Source: Octopus vulgaris
Taxonomy: Eukaryota
DNA: 64,000 nucleotides
NCBI GenBank assembly: GCA_951406725.2
Contig: OX597830.1
Coordinates: 60,946,001-61,010,000, forward strand
Reading direction: 5' to 3'
Positions 26,520 to 41,560 of the stretch are shown one piece after another (positions within the stretch are counted from its first letter, which is position 1; every line of letters begins with the position of its first letter). The position numbers and the translations under genes are program-made. Below the pieces are notes generated by a model. That model saw nothing but the letters and a program-made list of their open reading frames with translations. It was not told where the DNA came from and ran no database searches.

Positions 26520-27835
26520 TAACGAAAAGAAACCTATCACATTCTAGAAGTAAAAGTGAAACTAGAATATGTCATAACAGTAATAGCAGCTACAAGGCAC
26601 TAGGAAAACGAACGTGTTTGCTGTTGAATAGGCATTTGAATAAAATATTGAAGGATTGTACAGGACCATTGGCCCTTTTACAGCGGAAATCAGATTTATC
26701 CACTCAAAATCTTATTACTCTTAACTGTGGAAGACAGTTTTATATACCAGTGTATCTTTTGTTGAGGAATGTCATGTTTGAAACCATTTTTCGTTGAGAT
26801 ATAACATTGAAGGACACATTACCATCGACAGAAACTCAAGCATTCAACGAAACGTGGAACAAACACCTTCTTAACAACAAAGAATGACAATGGATTAGAA
26901 GGGAAAAGGAAAATATGTTTATCTTATAGCACAGAAAGCATTGGCCCACCATAGCTAGCAAGGGACTCACAGACACGTGAAGAACTGAAAGTAACTGGGA
27001 AGTCCCTGGGATTAATAGATTCCCCAGTTTCTAACTGAAATATTTAACCAGTTCCCATGGGTATACAGTGGCAGCATTCAATGAAATGGAAAGAAGAACA
27101 GAATTAAAATCTAATTAGATGCTGGAGGTAGGGGAATGACATTTCCGAAAATGAAAGTATTAGAAACCCAAAAGGCTATAGACCCTATAACTTGTTTGCC
27201 AACAACATATAAAGCCCTTCTATCAAAATTGGACACCAAGCTGTTAGGAAGAGACATAGAGGAGGCGTATTAAATAAAACAAAGAACATTAAATTAGACA
27301 CAAGACACCGAAATCAGAGAAGTCGAGCAGAAATAGTCAAATAGGATTAGATGAAACTGATAACGTACAACGCAAAGATATGAAGAAAATTAAGAAAAAA
27401 AAAGTGGTGTAAAAGGTCAAACTAATATTAAAACTGAAGAACTGCTAAGATAACAGGTATAATTTGGTTAGCCGTTTTAGCTATAAACTTTAATTTCAAC
27501 ATGATAAACTGGGAGTTAAGTGAATCGAGTAGGCAGAAATACAAGTAAACTAACAACGTTTCGAAGCCACCGCCCCAAGGCTGACATAGATAGAATATAC
27601 TTATCCTACAAAGAAAAGGGATGGGATCCGATTATACACAATGCAAAACATCAGTGGTGGAAAACTAGGTAATAATTAGAATCAAATACATTAGTTAGTA
27701 AGGAAGCATGAAAAAGCTTCCAACACAAAAGTAAATTAAAAGTGTTTTCTCTATGGAAGGAAACAATGAAATGCACAGTGGAGACTAATTATATCGATGA
27801 AAAAGGTTTAGATAAGAATAAAAACGAAAACCCGA
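26520..27835 (+). pseudogene. Heavily decayed Dong/R4-clade RT region
   Basis: Remnants NWKSLG, YRPITCLPTTYKALL and HRPKADIDRIYLSYKEKGW (HPKADVDRLY-like). Confidence 0.6.
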
Positions 27836-27862
27836 GAGAGGGTGCTAGGTTTTTAGAATGCC

Positions 27863-28098
27863 TATTTCCTTATTACCCTCAAGGGGCTAAACACAGAGGG
27901 GACAAACAAGGACAGACATAGGTATTAATTCGATTACATCAACCCCAGTGCGCAACTGGTACTTAATTTATCGACTCCGAAAGGATGAAAGGCAAAGTCG
28001 ATCTCGGCGGAATTTGAACTCACAATGTAACGGCAGCCGAAATACCGCTAAGCATTTCGCCCGACGTGCTAACGTTTCTGCCAGCTCGCCGCCTTATC
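27863..28098 (-). mobile_element. SINE family B, full length
   Basis: Reverse complement of the 63199 copy; 19-bp TSD with 2 mismatches (27844-27862, 28099-28117). Confidence 0.92.
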
Positions 28099-28117
28099 GC
28101 TAGGTATCTAGAATGCC

Positions 28118-28720
28118 GTCAGCCGCTCACAGCAGGCAGTGCGATCCGTGGAAATTCCTCGTTAGGAGGAATTTCGGTTCAGAGTCAATGGATAAGTTCG
28201 AGAAATCTTTGGCCAGGCAGTGCTACAAGAGGGCACTGCTGACTCGAGAAAAACTCCCTAGACATGGTTCAGCCGGCAGCCGGACGTATATGAGAAGCGT
28301 GCAGAAAAACTACGAGATAATTCTGTACGCATTCGTCCAGTATCCAAACATTGTAGACTTTTAGATTTATGTCAAACACCCGAACGCATGTAGGGGGGAT
28401 CTAGCTATCAGCTGAGTTCATTGTAAAGATCTTGCCACCCTCCTTTGGCCGGGAAGGACAGGCAGTGCTTATCAGTCTGGTGACCATGGCGAAGAAGTGT
28501 CGGGGACGGGACTGAAAGGGTTGAATACAGACACTTCCTTCTTAGGCCAAGTGGTCATCAACTTTTTCATGTTTCACTTGAAAAGGAAATTGATGGTGTA
28601 GAGGGAAGTATGGCCTTCCAGTAGATTCGTGGATGAGGTGGATGAGAGAGGTGAGCATAGTTAGGTAAAGAGACCTACTCTGGTCAAGCACTTTTAGATT
28701 GGAGGAAGACTGAATGAGGC
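28118..28720 (+). pseudogene. L1/Tx1-type ORF2 C-terminal remnant
   Basis: MDKFEKSLARQCYKRALLTREKLPRHG..EIILYAFVQYP (zf-RVT-like) and FFMFHLKRKL near the end. Confidence 0.55.
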
Positions 28721-28732
28721 ACATGCATCACA

Positions 28733-28897
<165 letters not shown>

Positions 28898-30400
28898 GAC
28901 GTAGCACAGTATCCAATAACGTGAGGTTGTTGATTGAAGATATTGTGTCTACCGGGGGTTTGTACTATTTGTCAAGTCACAACAAGGACCTCAGACAGAC
29001 AATAGTTTACGCAATATGCGTGCAGTTCCAAGTAATGCCGACTTCTGCAATACATCTAGATTGTAGAGTATCCCTAAGGTTTTCAGATGTTTTTTCAGAC
29101 TGAGGGTGGGGTATTGAACCTAACGCTCTGATGACAATAGGGATAACCTTTACGTTCGACTCTTGTAACTGCCACATCTTAGCGATCTCAATTCTCAGGT
29201 CTCCATATTTATCAACTTTTTCTCTTTCTTTCATGATGCTATGTTGATCTCCTGGCACTGCTGCGTCGATTCTTAGGCGTTCTTGTTTGTCCCTCCTAAA
29301 GGTTACTCTATTCGGCCGTCGGTGCTCTAACGCTGTCTGTCTGGAAATCAAAGTCCCAGAGGATTTTTGCCTTCCCCTTTTCATCCATTACCATTTCCAG
29401 TGTGTGTTGGTACCAAGCACCCTCATATCCATACTTACGGCATAGTAGCCAGTGGAGGTTTTGGGATACTTTGTCGTGTCTATTCTTCTTCACTGAGTTA
29501 GTATTCAATGCCTGATCCTGGACAGCGATGATTAGGCTTTCAGTATTCTTTTTTAGTTCACCTTTATTGAGTCACCTCCAAGATGCTTCCTGGTCTTTTA
29601 ATTTGTAGGTTTCACGGTGGAACCGACCATGTAATTCCATACGGAGTAGGGTTTCTTCTTTCTCGTTGGCTGTTCGAGATCGGAATTGATGAGTCCTCTC
29701 AAGCCCATTTTTGCTAAATCCTTTGCATTAGCAGCATATTGTAGCTGGTCTTCTTTGCTGTTTACCAAATATTTTGCCATGTTTCTTCTTTCACAGTTGA
29801 TGCACTTCCGTACGCTAATCACTCCACATCCACCCTTACCTCTCTTCATGTAGAACCTGGGTACATTTGCTTAGGGTGGAGGATCCCATGCATTGTCATT
29901 GTCTTTCGAGTAGTGCGATCGAGTTGCTCAATCTCCGCTTGTGTCCATCTCCAGCAACAGCCCATATGTTGATGGCAGACACAAGGTTCCTTTAGTTGAG
30001 CTTTGATTTCAAGAGAAGTTTGAGGCGCCCCAGGATCCCAAAGTACTTGTACCCATCATCATTCGGGTCTTCCATTCTCTCTCTGTTGGGCAAGTCTATG
30101 CTCCTACAATCTGCTCTTTTCCCTCGTTTCAAAGTGAGCACCTCACACTTCGAGATACCGAATTCCATCCCTGTATCCTTGTTGCACATCTGTAAAGTTT
30201 CAACCAGCCTCTCCGTTTGCGAAATAGTTTTAAATCATACACGAAGGGAAAGTGGTTGAGACGAGGTCCATTCTTTCTCAGCTCAAAGTGCGCATTGACT
30301 TTGCGTAGGACTACAGAAAGTGGGATCAATGGTATAACAAATAACAGAAGTGAACAAGAGCCTCCTTTTTCAGAGAAGTGTTTGAGCATTGGACAAAATG
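28898..30400 (-). mobile_element. Dong/R4-clade non-LTR retrotransposon, 5'-truncated and decayed
   Basis: RT remnants LLFVIPLIPLS, FVYDLKLF, GMEFGISKC and YKYFGI. RLE remnants RHDKV..LHWLLC, KILWDF..QTD and EKVDKYGDLRIEIAKMW..VIPIVIRALG. (TAA)n at the 3' end. Confidence 0.9.
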
Positions 30401-30443
30401 TCTTGTGGTATTATAGTACAGACTTTTATATTGTAATTATTTG

Positions 30444-30995
30444 AAATCCCGCTGAGGTCAACTTTGACTTTCATCCTTCCGGGATCGAGAAAGTAGAGCA
30501 TTAATCAAGTACAAGGTTCGATATAATCAACTAACATCTCCTCTAAAACTTTTAACCTATATATAAGAAATTACTAAAATTTTTCCCAGATTGGCAGAAT
30601 CGCTTGAACGTAGTATTTAAAAAAAAACAAACCTACCTGACGTTCTGAGTTCAAAACAGGCTATATTTATTTTATAAATCCTTCCAGGATTTATGAAATG
30701 ATATGCCAGGGAAGTACTGGTTTTGATTTAATTGACCGTTCTCTCTAATTAAATATTTTGACCTTGTATCCTCCTAAAAAGTTATCATTATTGCAGTGGA
30801 TTGGCATTATTAGAGCGTTGGAAGAAATGCTTTTGGGGTATTTGTATCAGTTCTTTATATCCTTAATCAAATCCAGTCGAATCCAGTTTTGCCGTTCATT
30901 CTTGACTCAATAAAATAAAGTACCAATCAGGAACTGGGATCGATGATAGAGACCATTCTCCTGTCCCAATTTACAGGTCCTGTGCTTATGTTAGT
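30444..30995 (+). mobile_element. Three decayed tandem SINE family B copies
   Basis: Repeated GTTCTGAGTTCAAA / CATCCTTCC.GG / AAGTAC / TCGAT motifs. Confidence 0.6.
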
Positions 30996-31699
30996 AGCTT
31001 TCCACATTCAGAATTTCTATACTTACATATTCCCTTTTAATTATATATTTGTTTTTGTTGCTCAATATTCTGTAGAAGTTCTGGGGCTTTGCTTTGTTGT
31101 AGCTTGTGGCTTACTTTGCTTTGTACATGTAAATTTCATCATTGTGAGTTATGTTTTCAATGCTTTTGATTTCTGATATTTTTAGGGGCTTTGAGAATTT
31201 ATTTTAAAGTTTTTTTTTTTAATCTTACTGGATCGAATGTTTTGTTTAGTTCTGCTCATTTTGTCTCTAACTTTTATATAATCTGTAAAATACTCATATA
31301 AAACATTAGGTTAGGAAATCCCCTTGGTTAGAGAAAAATTTGATGGGCTGCCTGTGGCACTCGAATGAAAAACGTCTGTGAACATGAAAGATGTGCTACC
31401 ATTATACCAAAGCAACATTTCAAATTTTCTCAATCCGTTTTAAAACCTTTATTATCATTAGCGAGAATTATATGTTCAGTTACATTATAAGATACAACAA
31501 ATAAAGAAAAAATTTTAATACTTTTTGAAACTTCGAGAGGTAGGAAATAATTCGTTTTAATGGTGGATAAACCCCAAAATGATAGCATATAGAAAATTAG
31601 ATTACAGATGTGCTATCATTACACCAAAACATTTCGAATTTTCTTTAACCACCATGATGAGAGCATCAAAAAAGATATAAAGACATGAAGAAGTTCCTT

Positions 31700-32090
31700 G
31701 TTGCTTGTTACGATCATGCACAACAATGCCCGCCCTCACATCGCCAATATGACCAAGGAAGCCATTCAAACGCATGGTTGGGAAGTGCTGCCACACCCGC
31801 CGTACTCTCCTGATTTGGCACCAACGGATTTCCACCTCTTTCGATATCTTTCAAATGCTATGCGCGGAGTTTCGTTCAATACTGATGCAGAGTTGAGAGC
31901 TTGGTTGGATCAATTTTTCGAGTCGAAATCGGATGATTTCTACCAACGAGGAATTGAAAATCTTGTTGAACGTTGAGAAGAAGTTGTAAACAACAAGAGT
32001 GAATACATTATTGATTAATTAGTTGTTATTTTTTATTAAACCTTTTGAAAAATTTAAATAATAAAATACGGCGGGAACTTAATTGCCAAC

Positions 32091-32094
<4 letters not shown>
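31700..32094 (+). mobile_element. Mariner (DD34D) 3' fragment with right TIR
   Basis: HNNARPH (D>N)..LPHPPYSPDLAPTDFHLF with 34-aa spacing; ends at a TA in (TA)n. Confidence 0.9.
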
Positions 32095-32130
<36 letters not shown>

Positions 32131-32134
<4 letters not shown>

Positions 32135-32442
32135 CCGGGCCGACCAATGCCTTGTGAGTGGATTTGGTAGACGGAAACTGAAAGAAGTCTGTCGTATATA
32201 TGTATATATATAAGTGTGTGTGTATATGTTTGTGTGTCTGTGTTTTTCCCCCTAGCATTGCTTGACAACCGATACTGGTGTGTTTACGTTCCCGTCACTT
32301 AGCGGTTCGGCAAAAGAGACCGATAGAATAAGTACTGGGCTTACAAAGAATAAGTCCTGGAGTCGATTTGCTCGACTAAAGGCGGTGCTCCAGCATGGCC
32401 GCAGTCAAATGACTGAAACAAGTAAAAGAGTAAAAGAGAGAG
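32131..32442 (+). mobile_element. SINE family A, 5'-truncated
   Basis: Body and tail match the other family A copies. Confidence 0.9.
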
Positions 32443-33122
32443 TATACATACTAGCTGTCCCGCTGCCGTAAAAAATAACGGCTAATTGTAGTATATAAAT
32501 AAGGACAAAAGATAGAATATGGATGGTAATTCAAATTAATAACTTGCCAATGTTATCTAGAGGTTGTCTTTTGAGATGTGACATCGATCATCATTTTTAA
32601 CTGAATGGACGCCGGTTCACACATATACTTCCCTTGTACACACACACACACATACACACCTATACTCACACAGGGTTGAAGCGCTGTTTGAGTTTTCTTT
32701 TCAGCGTTGAACGTTCACCGTCCCACTTCCATTGCACACATACAGGCACACACACACAAACACACACACACACACACAGACAAACACACACAAACATTCA
32801 CATACCTCCCTTTTACATACACACACATATATTCACGTAGAGTTGAAACGCTGTTTGATTTTGTCTTTCCCCGTAGAATTTCCATCATCTCACTACCAGT
32901 TTGCCATCATCCCTTCCTTATTCATCTATCTCCCCTTCCTTTCTCATTCATATGTTGTGACGGAGAAAAACACAAGAGTATTATTATAGTATATATATGT
33001 GTGTGTGTGCATGTGTGTGTGTGTGCGCGCGCGTATATGCATACACAGTCAGGTATGTATGCACACATGTGCGCGCACACACAAGCAAGTGCACACACAC
33101 GTAGGCACACAAACACACACAC

Positions 33123-33190
<68 letters not shown>

Positions 33191-33199
33191 CAAATTTCG

Positions 33200-33752
<553 letters not shown>

Positions 33753-34369
33753 CATACATGTTAACACGTGCTTAGCCATCACTCTCAAACAAGTAAACAT
33801 CCGATGACCTGTATTACAATTCCACTAATTGTTTTAGGGGTTAATATAATCCCGAGCAAACCGTGTCGGTCCTCCACCCTTTTAAGCCAGTGGAACATCA
33901 AGGATGAATTAACCGGACGGAAGGAGGGCGGCTACATCGACGCTTGGTTTGGTATTGATTTTTAGCAGAACAGACTGTGAAGGGATGTGGCTTATGATCG
34001 TGAGCCCAACACCCTAACTACTAAGTCACGTGGCTTCACTGCATAACACACACACACACACACGTGTGTGCGCGCGTATGCGTATGTGCCTGTGTGTGTA
34101 TGTGTGTGCGTGCGCATGTGTGTGTGTGTGTGTGTGGTATGTATGTACATGTATGCACATGCAACAATTCCCCTCTACACATTTTATATATACATGTATG
34201 TATGTATGTATGTATGTATATACATATGTGTGTACATACATACGTACGCACACTCACACACGCACACACACACATGTGTGTATATGTTTGTGTAAAGGAG
34301 ATTCTCGTGTGTGTGTGTGTGTGCGTGTGTGGGAGATTGTGTTTACGTTTTATATATATACACACACAC

Positions 34370-34635
34370 ACACTCACATATATATACATATATATATATA
34401 TATACATATACACACGCACTCACACATATATACATATGTATATATATATATATACATATACACACACACTCACACATATATACATATGTATATATATATA
34501 TACATATACACACACACTCACACATATATACATATGTATATATATATATATACATATACACACACACACACTCACACATATATACATATGTATATATATA
34601 TATATATATATACATATACACACACACTCACACAC
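34370..34635. repeat. Compound minisatellite (about 42-50 bp unit, about 5 copies)
   Basis: Unit CACACTCACACATATATACATATG(TA)nCATATA recurs with variable (TA)n length. Confidence 0.8.
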
Positions 34636-35101
34636 ACACACATTTATATATATATATATAGACACACATATATTATACACACACATACACACACAAACAT
34701 ACACGTGACTAATTGGCGCATAAAATGAAAACTTGCAGAAACACATTTGAATAAACCTATAAACAAATTAATGCTACAATAGACGGACATCGAATCGTTT
34801 TCTGGTTAATAACCGTTCACTAACGCTCAATTTTATAGCCATATAATCTAACACACCTGTTGTTAGGACCATCGAGGCGCCGCCTTCCTACTGTAACACG
34901 TTACTGATCACGCAGAATTTCATACTATAATAATTTGCTATTTCGATCCTATTTACTACTCTCATCTCTTCTCTCGCATTTTTTTCACTCCTTCCTCTCC
35001 TTTTCACAAATAGCATATATTTTTCTCTTCATACACATTTACAAGTTTATTGTTATCTCTGTACCTTTTTACCAATTTCCGTTTTACGTATTCTCCATAA
35101 T

Positions 35102-35142
<41 letters not shown>

Positions 35143-35495
35143 AAGTAGTTTCCTCTACCAGAATGGTATTAATGGCATGCCATTTTGAAAATTGTAATCG
35201 ACGTTCGATGCTGTTATACAAAAAAATACGTCCAGCATTGTTTTTTACGTATACCTTAATGGTATACGCGTGTTTCTATGTTATACGAGTGTTTCTGTAT
35301 GTATGTATGTATGTATGTATGTCATTATTCAGTTTACTTCAAGATTTCTTGCCAATAGAGAAAGAACCAGTTTTTAACCTAGATCCAAACTTCCTTCATT
35401 GGAATTTCAACATCAACATCAGGGTATGTATGTATGTATGTATGTATGTATGTATGTATGTATGTATGTATGTATGTATGTATGTATGTATGTAT

Positions 35496-35770
35496 GGCCT
35501 CTGGTGGTGGTGTAACACCCCATACTAATCATATCTGTCGGGCATGTGGAAGAGAGTGTAATTCGGCAGAAGGACTTAAACGACATGCAAAGGTACATGA
35601 AGCCCAGTTACAACAACAGCCGGCTATTACCGGTAAAGGTTTTAGCTGCCAATTCTGTACAAGACATTGTAGATCTTTAGCTGGGCTAAAAAGTCACATT
35701 CGATCACAGCACCGATAACAGTTAAGCCTAGTACAATGGCCATACTTGATAACGAGGGGGCAGCCATCAT
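35496..35770 (+). mobile_element. RTE-clade LINE 3' end with two C2H2-like fingers
   Basis: CRACGRECNSAEGLKRHAKVH and [22 protein letters not shown], then a short RTE-like 3' UTR. Flanked by (TATG)n. Confidence 0.7.
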
Positions 35771-36049
35771 GTATGTATGTATGTATGTATGTATGTATGT
35801 ATGTATGTATGTATGTATGTATGTATGTATGTATGTATGTATGTGGGAACGGTTGCTGTGCAAAGCTTTTCCTCGCTTTAAAAAGTGTCAAGCACAGGTT
35901 TTGCTGGAGAGGTAAAAGAAATGGACATCTTGTATGTACATGGCTGGCCGAAGCTTAAAAAGGCACATCTAAACTATGAAAGTTCATATTGATAATGAAG
36001 TAAATGGCAAAAAGGGCTCTGGAACATTTTGTTCAGTGGTCTGGCCCGG

Positions 36050-36810
36050 TAGGTGTCGCAGGGTACCATAGCCTGCAACTGTGAGTAACTTGTCATCCTG
36101 CAACTGTGAGTAAATTCAAGTTAAGATGCAAGCCTGTGAATACAGGATGCTGAAATGTTCGAACGTTATTAGACAATGATTGTGTGAAATCTCGTCCTGA
36201 GAGAAGATCCGCGCTTGTTGCAAAAGAGTTACAGCGATATGATATGGATGTTGTAGCATTAGCTGAAACAAGAATTCACGGAAAAGGGAATTTTATAGAA
36301 AAATCTGCTGGGTATCGTTTATATCGGAGGGATAGACATGAGACCTATAAGAGAGAATCAGGAGTGGGATTTGCTATCGAAACCACTCTGGCTTCAAAAC
36401 TTGAGGAACTACCATATTGTCATTCTAACCGTTTGATGTCTTTAAGATTTCTGTCAAGAAAAAGTCGCCATGCAACACTCATAAGTGCAACTATGCTCCA
36501 ACTATGAATTCATCAGAGGATGATAAACTTGCCTTCTATCTAATATCCGTCAATTGTAAACAATGTAAATAATTGCTTTCTATCTATCACTTACAGAGAT
36601 TTATACGCAATATCCCCCATGATGACAAAGTTGTCATTTTGGTGATTTTAATGCTCGCGTTGGAGCAGATTGGGAGACTTGGGGTGTCCTAGGAAAGCAT
36701 GGGGTTGGGGAGTTCCAACAGCAATGGTTTGCTACTGTTACAAATGTACGTAGAAATGGATTTGTGTGTCATGAATACAATGTTTCGACTAAAGAATAAG
36801 TATAAAAATA
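36050..36810 (+). mobile_element. RTE-clade LINE 5' fragment (APE endonuclease pseudogene)
   Basis: [61 protein letters not shown], with frameshifts. Confidence 0.9.
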
Positions 36811-36817
36811 TATGCAC

Positions 36818-36910
<93 letters not shown>

Positions 36911-36942
36911 CATGCTTACATATACATGTATAGATACATGCA

Positions 36943-37006
<64 letters not shown>

Positions 37007-37914
37007 CATACATACACAAGCGCACATATATCGTATTGAAACACACCAAATATCAGATAGGTAGATGGGTTCGTTCCAATAGATAAAATACTATCGAACA
37101 TATTTACTGTATAACGGCGTCGAATGTCGGCTGCAAATGTCCAAAATGGTCGACTATTAATGAAAATAAGGTTATCACGGCAGCGAACGCAACTGTTTAC
37201 ATGAATAAATATATAAAATAATTTCATTTAGAGAAAGAGCACGTAAACAGTTTCATTTGTAGATCTATGCACAGTACCAGACAGGGCTGACTGGAAACGT
37301 ATACCAGTTCAGGAAATATTTATGAATGTGTTTGTGCATGTGTGTGCGTGCGTGCATGCGCATATATATATGTGATGTCGACACACACACACACACATTT
37401 ATATGCGTACACACGCGTATATTATCGCCTAAGAATCTATCTATGCCATAACAAACATACACTCGTACATTTGTCAATGGAGTGGGTATACTAATCACAA
37501 TGTACACTATCCTATTTCCCTTATGGGCGATCTTACCAATCGATTTCGCGTTGGGTATTAAACGGATGTTAGATAACAGCACGGGTATTTAATACCGTGT
37601 GCTCATGAGTTCTAGTAGGTATGGGAAAGAAACATGGCGACTACGCTTCGTTTTTGCAGGTGAAAAGCCACATTCAGTTTGTGGGTGCTGTGAAAAAATG
37701 GAAACAAGCTGAACAAGGCTTATATCAAGATCTATGAGCCGTAGACCCAAAGGTCTACGGCTCATAGATCCATAATTCTTCTGAAAGTGAGTGCAGGGAT
37801 TCGGAGTTGATATTTGATATTCGTGTGGGGCTGCAATGTATGTAGGAGTATTATATGTATAAAGATTTTGAGGGATGAGGGCGCCGGACAGGTGTTCTAA
37901 CGCTTAATCCTATA

Positions 37915-38120
37915 TTAAGTTAAGTTAATTTTTTGGCTCAAAAAGCAAAAAGCAAGGCCATGTAGGGGGACATGGAGTTACGTACAGGGAGGGTGTTCAT
38001 GCAAAGAGTTCAGGCCATTTCTGGTCAAGAGAGACGTTGAACCGAGCGGTCGTCGGCATCTTCACTATCTCGTCCGACAGCTTATTCCACGGATCCGCAA
38101 CCCGGACGGAGAAAGCCCCT
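37915..38120 (-). mobile_element. CR1-like LINE, short 3' end
   Basis: Minus strand AFSVRVADPWNKLSDEIV..FNVSLDQKWPELFA*, with an (AACTT)n tail. Confidence 0.75.
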
Positions 38121-39628
<1,508 letters not shown>

Positions 39629-39687
39629 TTAAACTTTGATTAATATATGTGTATGTGTGTATCTGTACTCGTATGTATATATATATG

Positions 39688-39797
<110 letters not shown>

Positions 39798-40197
39798 AAT
39801 CTATCTATCTATCTATCTATCTGTCTATCTACTGTTTAGATTACAACTGTCCGATGAGTGGTAACGTGAAACATTTCCAATTGATCGATTGATTAAATTG
39901 AACCATGAATGCAACCAAAATGTTTATCTAAAACGGCTGTAAGTCTATAACGTACAAATATATGTATGAAGCCCATTATTTATGCCTTTTTATTAACTCT
40001 GTGCAAATATACCATATTAACTCGGTAATGTATCCATGGATTTACAAAGTCGATTGCTGATGGACTCAGACTTCGGATTCCGACTTCAAAATACCTGGAG
40101 CTCAAAACCAATCAAAAGATCTTTTGATAGCCTGATAAGCGGGGAGCTTAAGACGCATTTTGCTCGGATTACTAATCCTTTATCAACAACTCTTTCT

Positions 40198-40262
<65 letters not shown>

Positions 40263-40307
40263 TGTACACACATATATATATATATACATATATATATACA
40301 TATATAT

Positions 40308-40400
<93 letters not shown>

Positions 40401-40420
40401 CATACATTTATATATATATA

Positions 40421-40595
40421 TCGTTAGCTACTACACGCATTTTTTTCTCTCCTTGTTTTTTTCTGTGTATCTTTCTGTCGAAGAGCTTAGGCTCGAAACG
40501 CAAAAGACTTTTTCTATTCCTGAGCGTTATACTAATACATGTGTTTGTTTGTACTCCACCTGCCGTCGTCTTTTGTTTATTTTCGTAAACTTTCC

Positions 40596-40598
<3 letters not shown>
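40421..40598 (+). mobile_element. Microsatellite-embedded mini-element with hammerhead-like core
   Basis: Homologous to 18929-19114. TCGAAGAGC-TTAG-GCTC-GAAACG flanked by TCTTT/AAAGA. Confidence 0.65.
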
Positions 40599-40661
<63 letters not shown>

Positions 40662-40932
40662 GTTGATATTATGCAAAAGTGTCGTAAGTCCAAAACGTTG
40701 CTTTTTCAGAAAACGCAAAAATACTTTAACCATTCCATAGCAAAACCGTTGTCCTAATTTTTAGCAATTTTTGATATCTTGGCATCTGAAGCAGCTGGAG
40801 ATACGATAGAACTGGTTATTGCAAGCAAAAATAAACATTGAAAAAGAAAAACGGATTTGACACTAAATTTGGGCATTCGACAGTTTAACATAATAGTAAT
40901 GATATATATATATATATATACATACATACATA

Positions 40933-40999
<67 letters not shown>

Positions 41000-41028
41000 A
41001 TATAAAAATATATATATATATACATATA

Positions 41029-41560
41029 TAGGGTGTGTACGATATTTGAGGAGAGATTTATGTTTATATAAGAAAAAACAGAAATATAATAACAGATAAC
41101 TTTATTTATCAAAAACTGCTATGAGAATAAAAATAAACTTTATTTTCTATAACGTTATTCAATAAAGCCACCTTCAGCTTCAACAACTGCTTCTATATGA
41201 GATGTAAATCATCTACATGCTTGAATCAAGTGGTCCTGGTTCATTTTGAACATTACTCTAACTATGGAAGCCTTCAAAGCAGTTTTGGTGTTATGGGTGT
41301 GTTCATTGACCTCTCCCTCAACAACGCTCCATATGTAATAGTCCAATGGATTGAGATCGGGGGAATTAGGTGGCCAAATGTTAGGGGTTATGTGGTCATG
41401 AAAATTTTCAGTCGTCCATTCCTGTGTTACTAGAGCCATGACTTTCCATTGCATACACTGTCTATCTAGGGCTTAACAATTATTTCCAGGACCTCAATGT
41501 AGGCGGCAGAGTTAACTCTAAGTCCTTGTGGAAAGAAGCATGTCCTTCATTGCTGACAAA
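41029..41560 (-). mobile_element. Tc1/mariner (maT/DD37D-like) 3' fragment
   Basis: WPPNSPDLNPLDYYIWSVVE; the right TIR matches 44200-44226. Confidence 0.85.
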
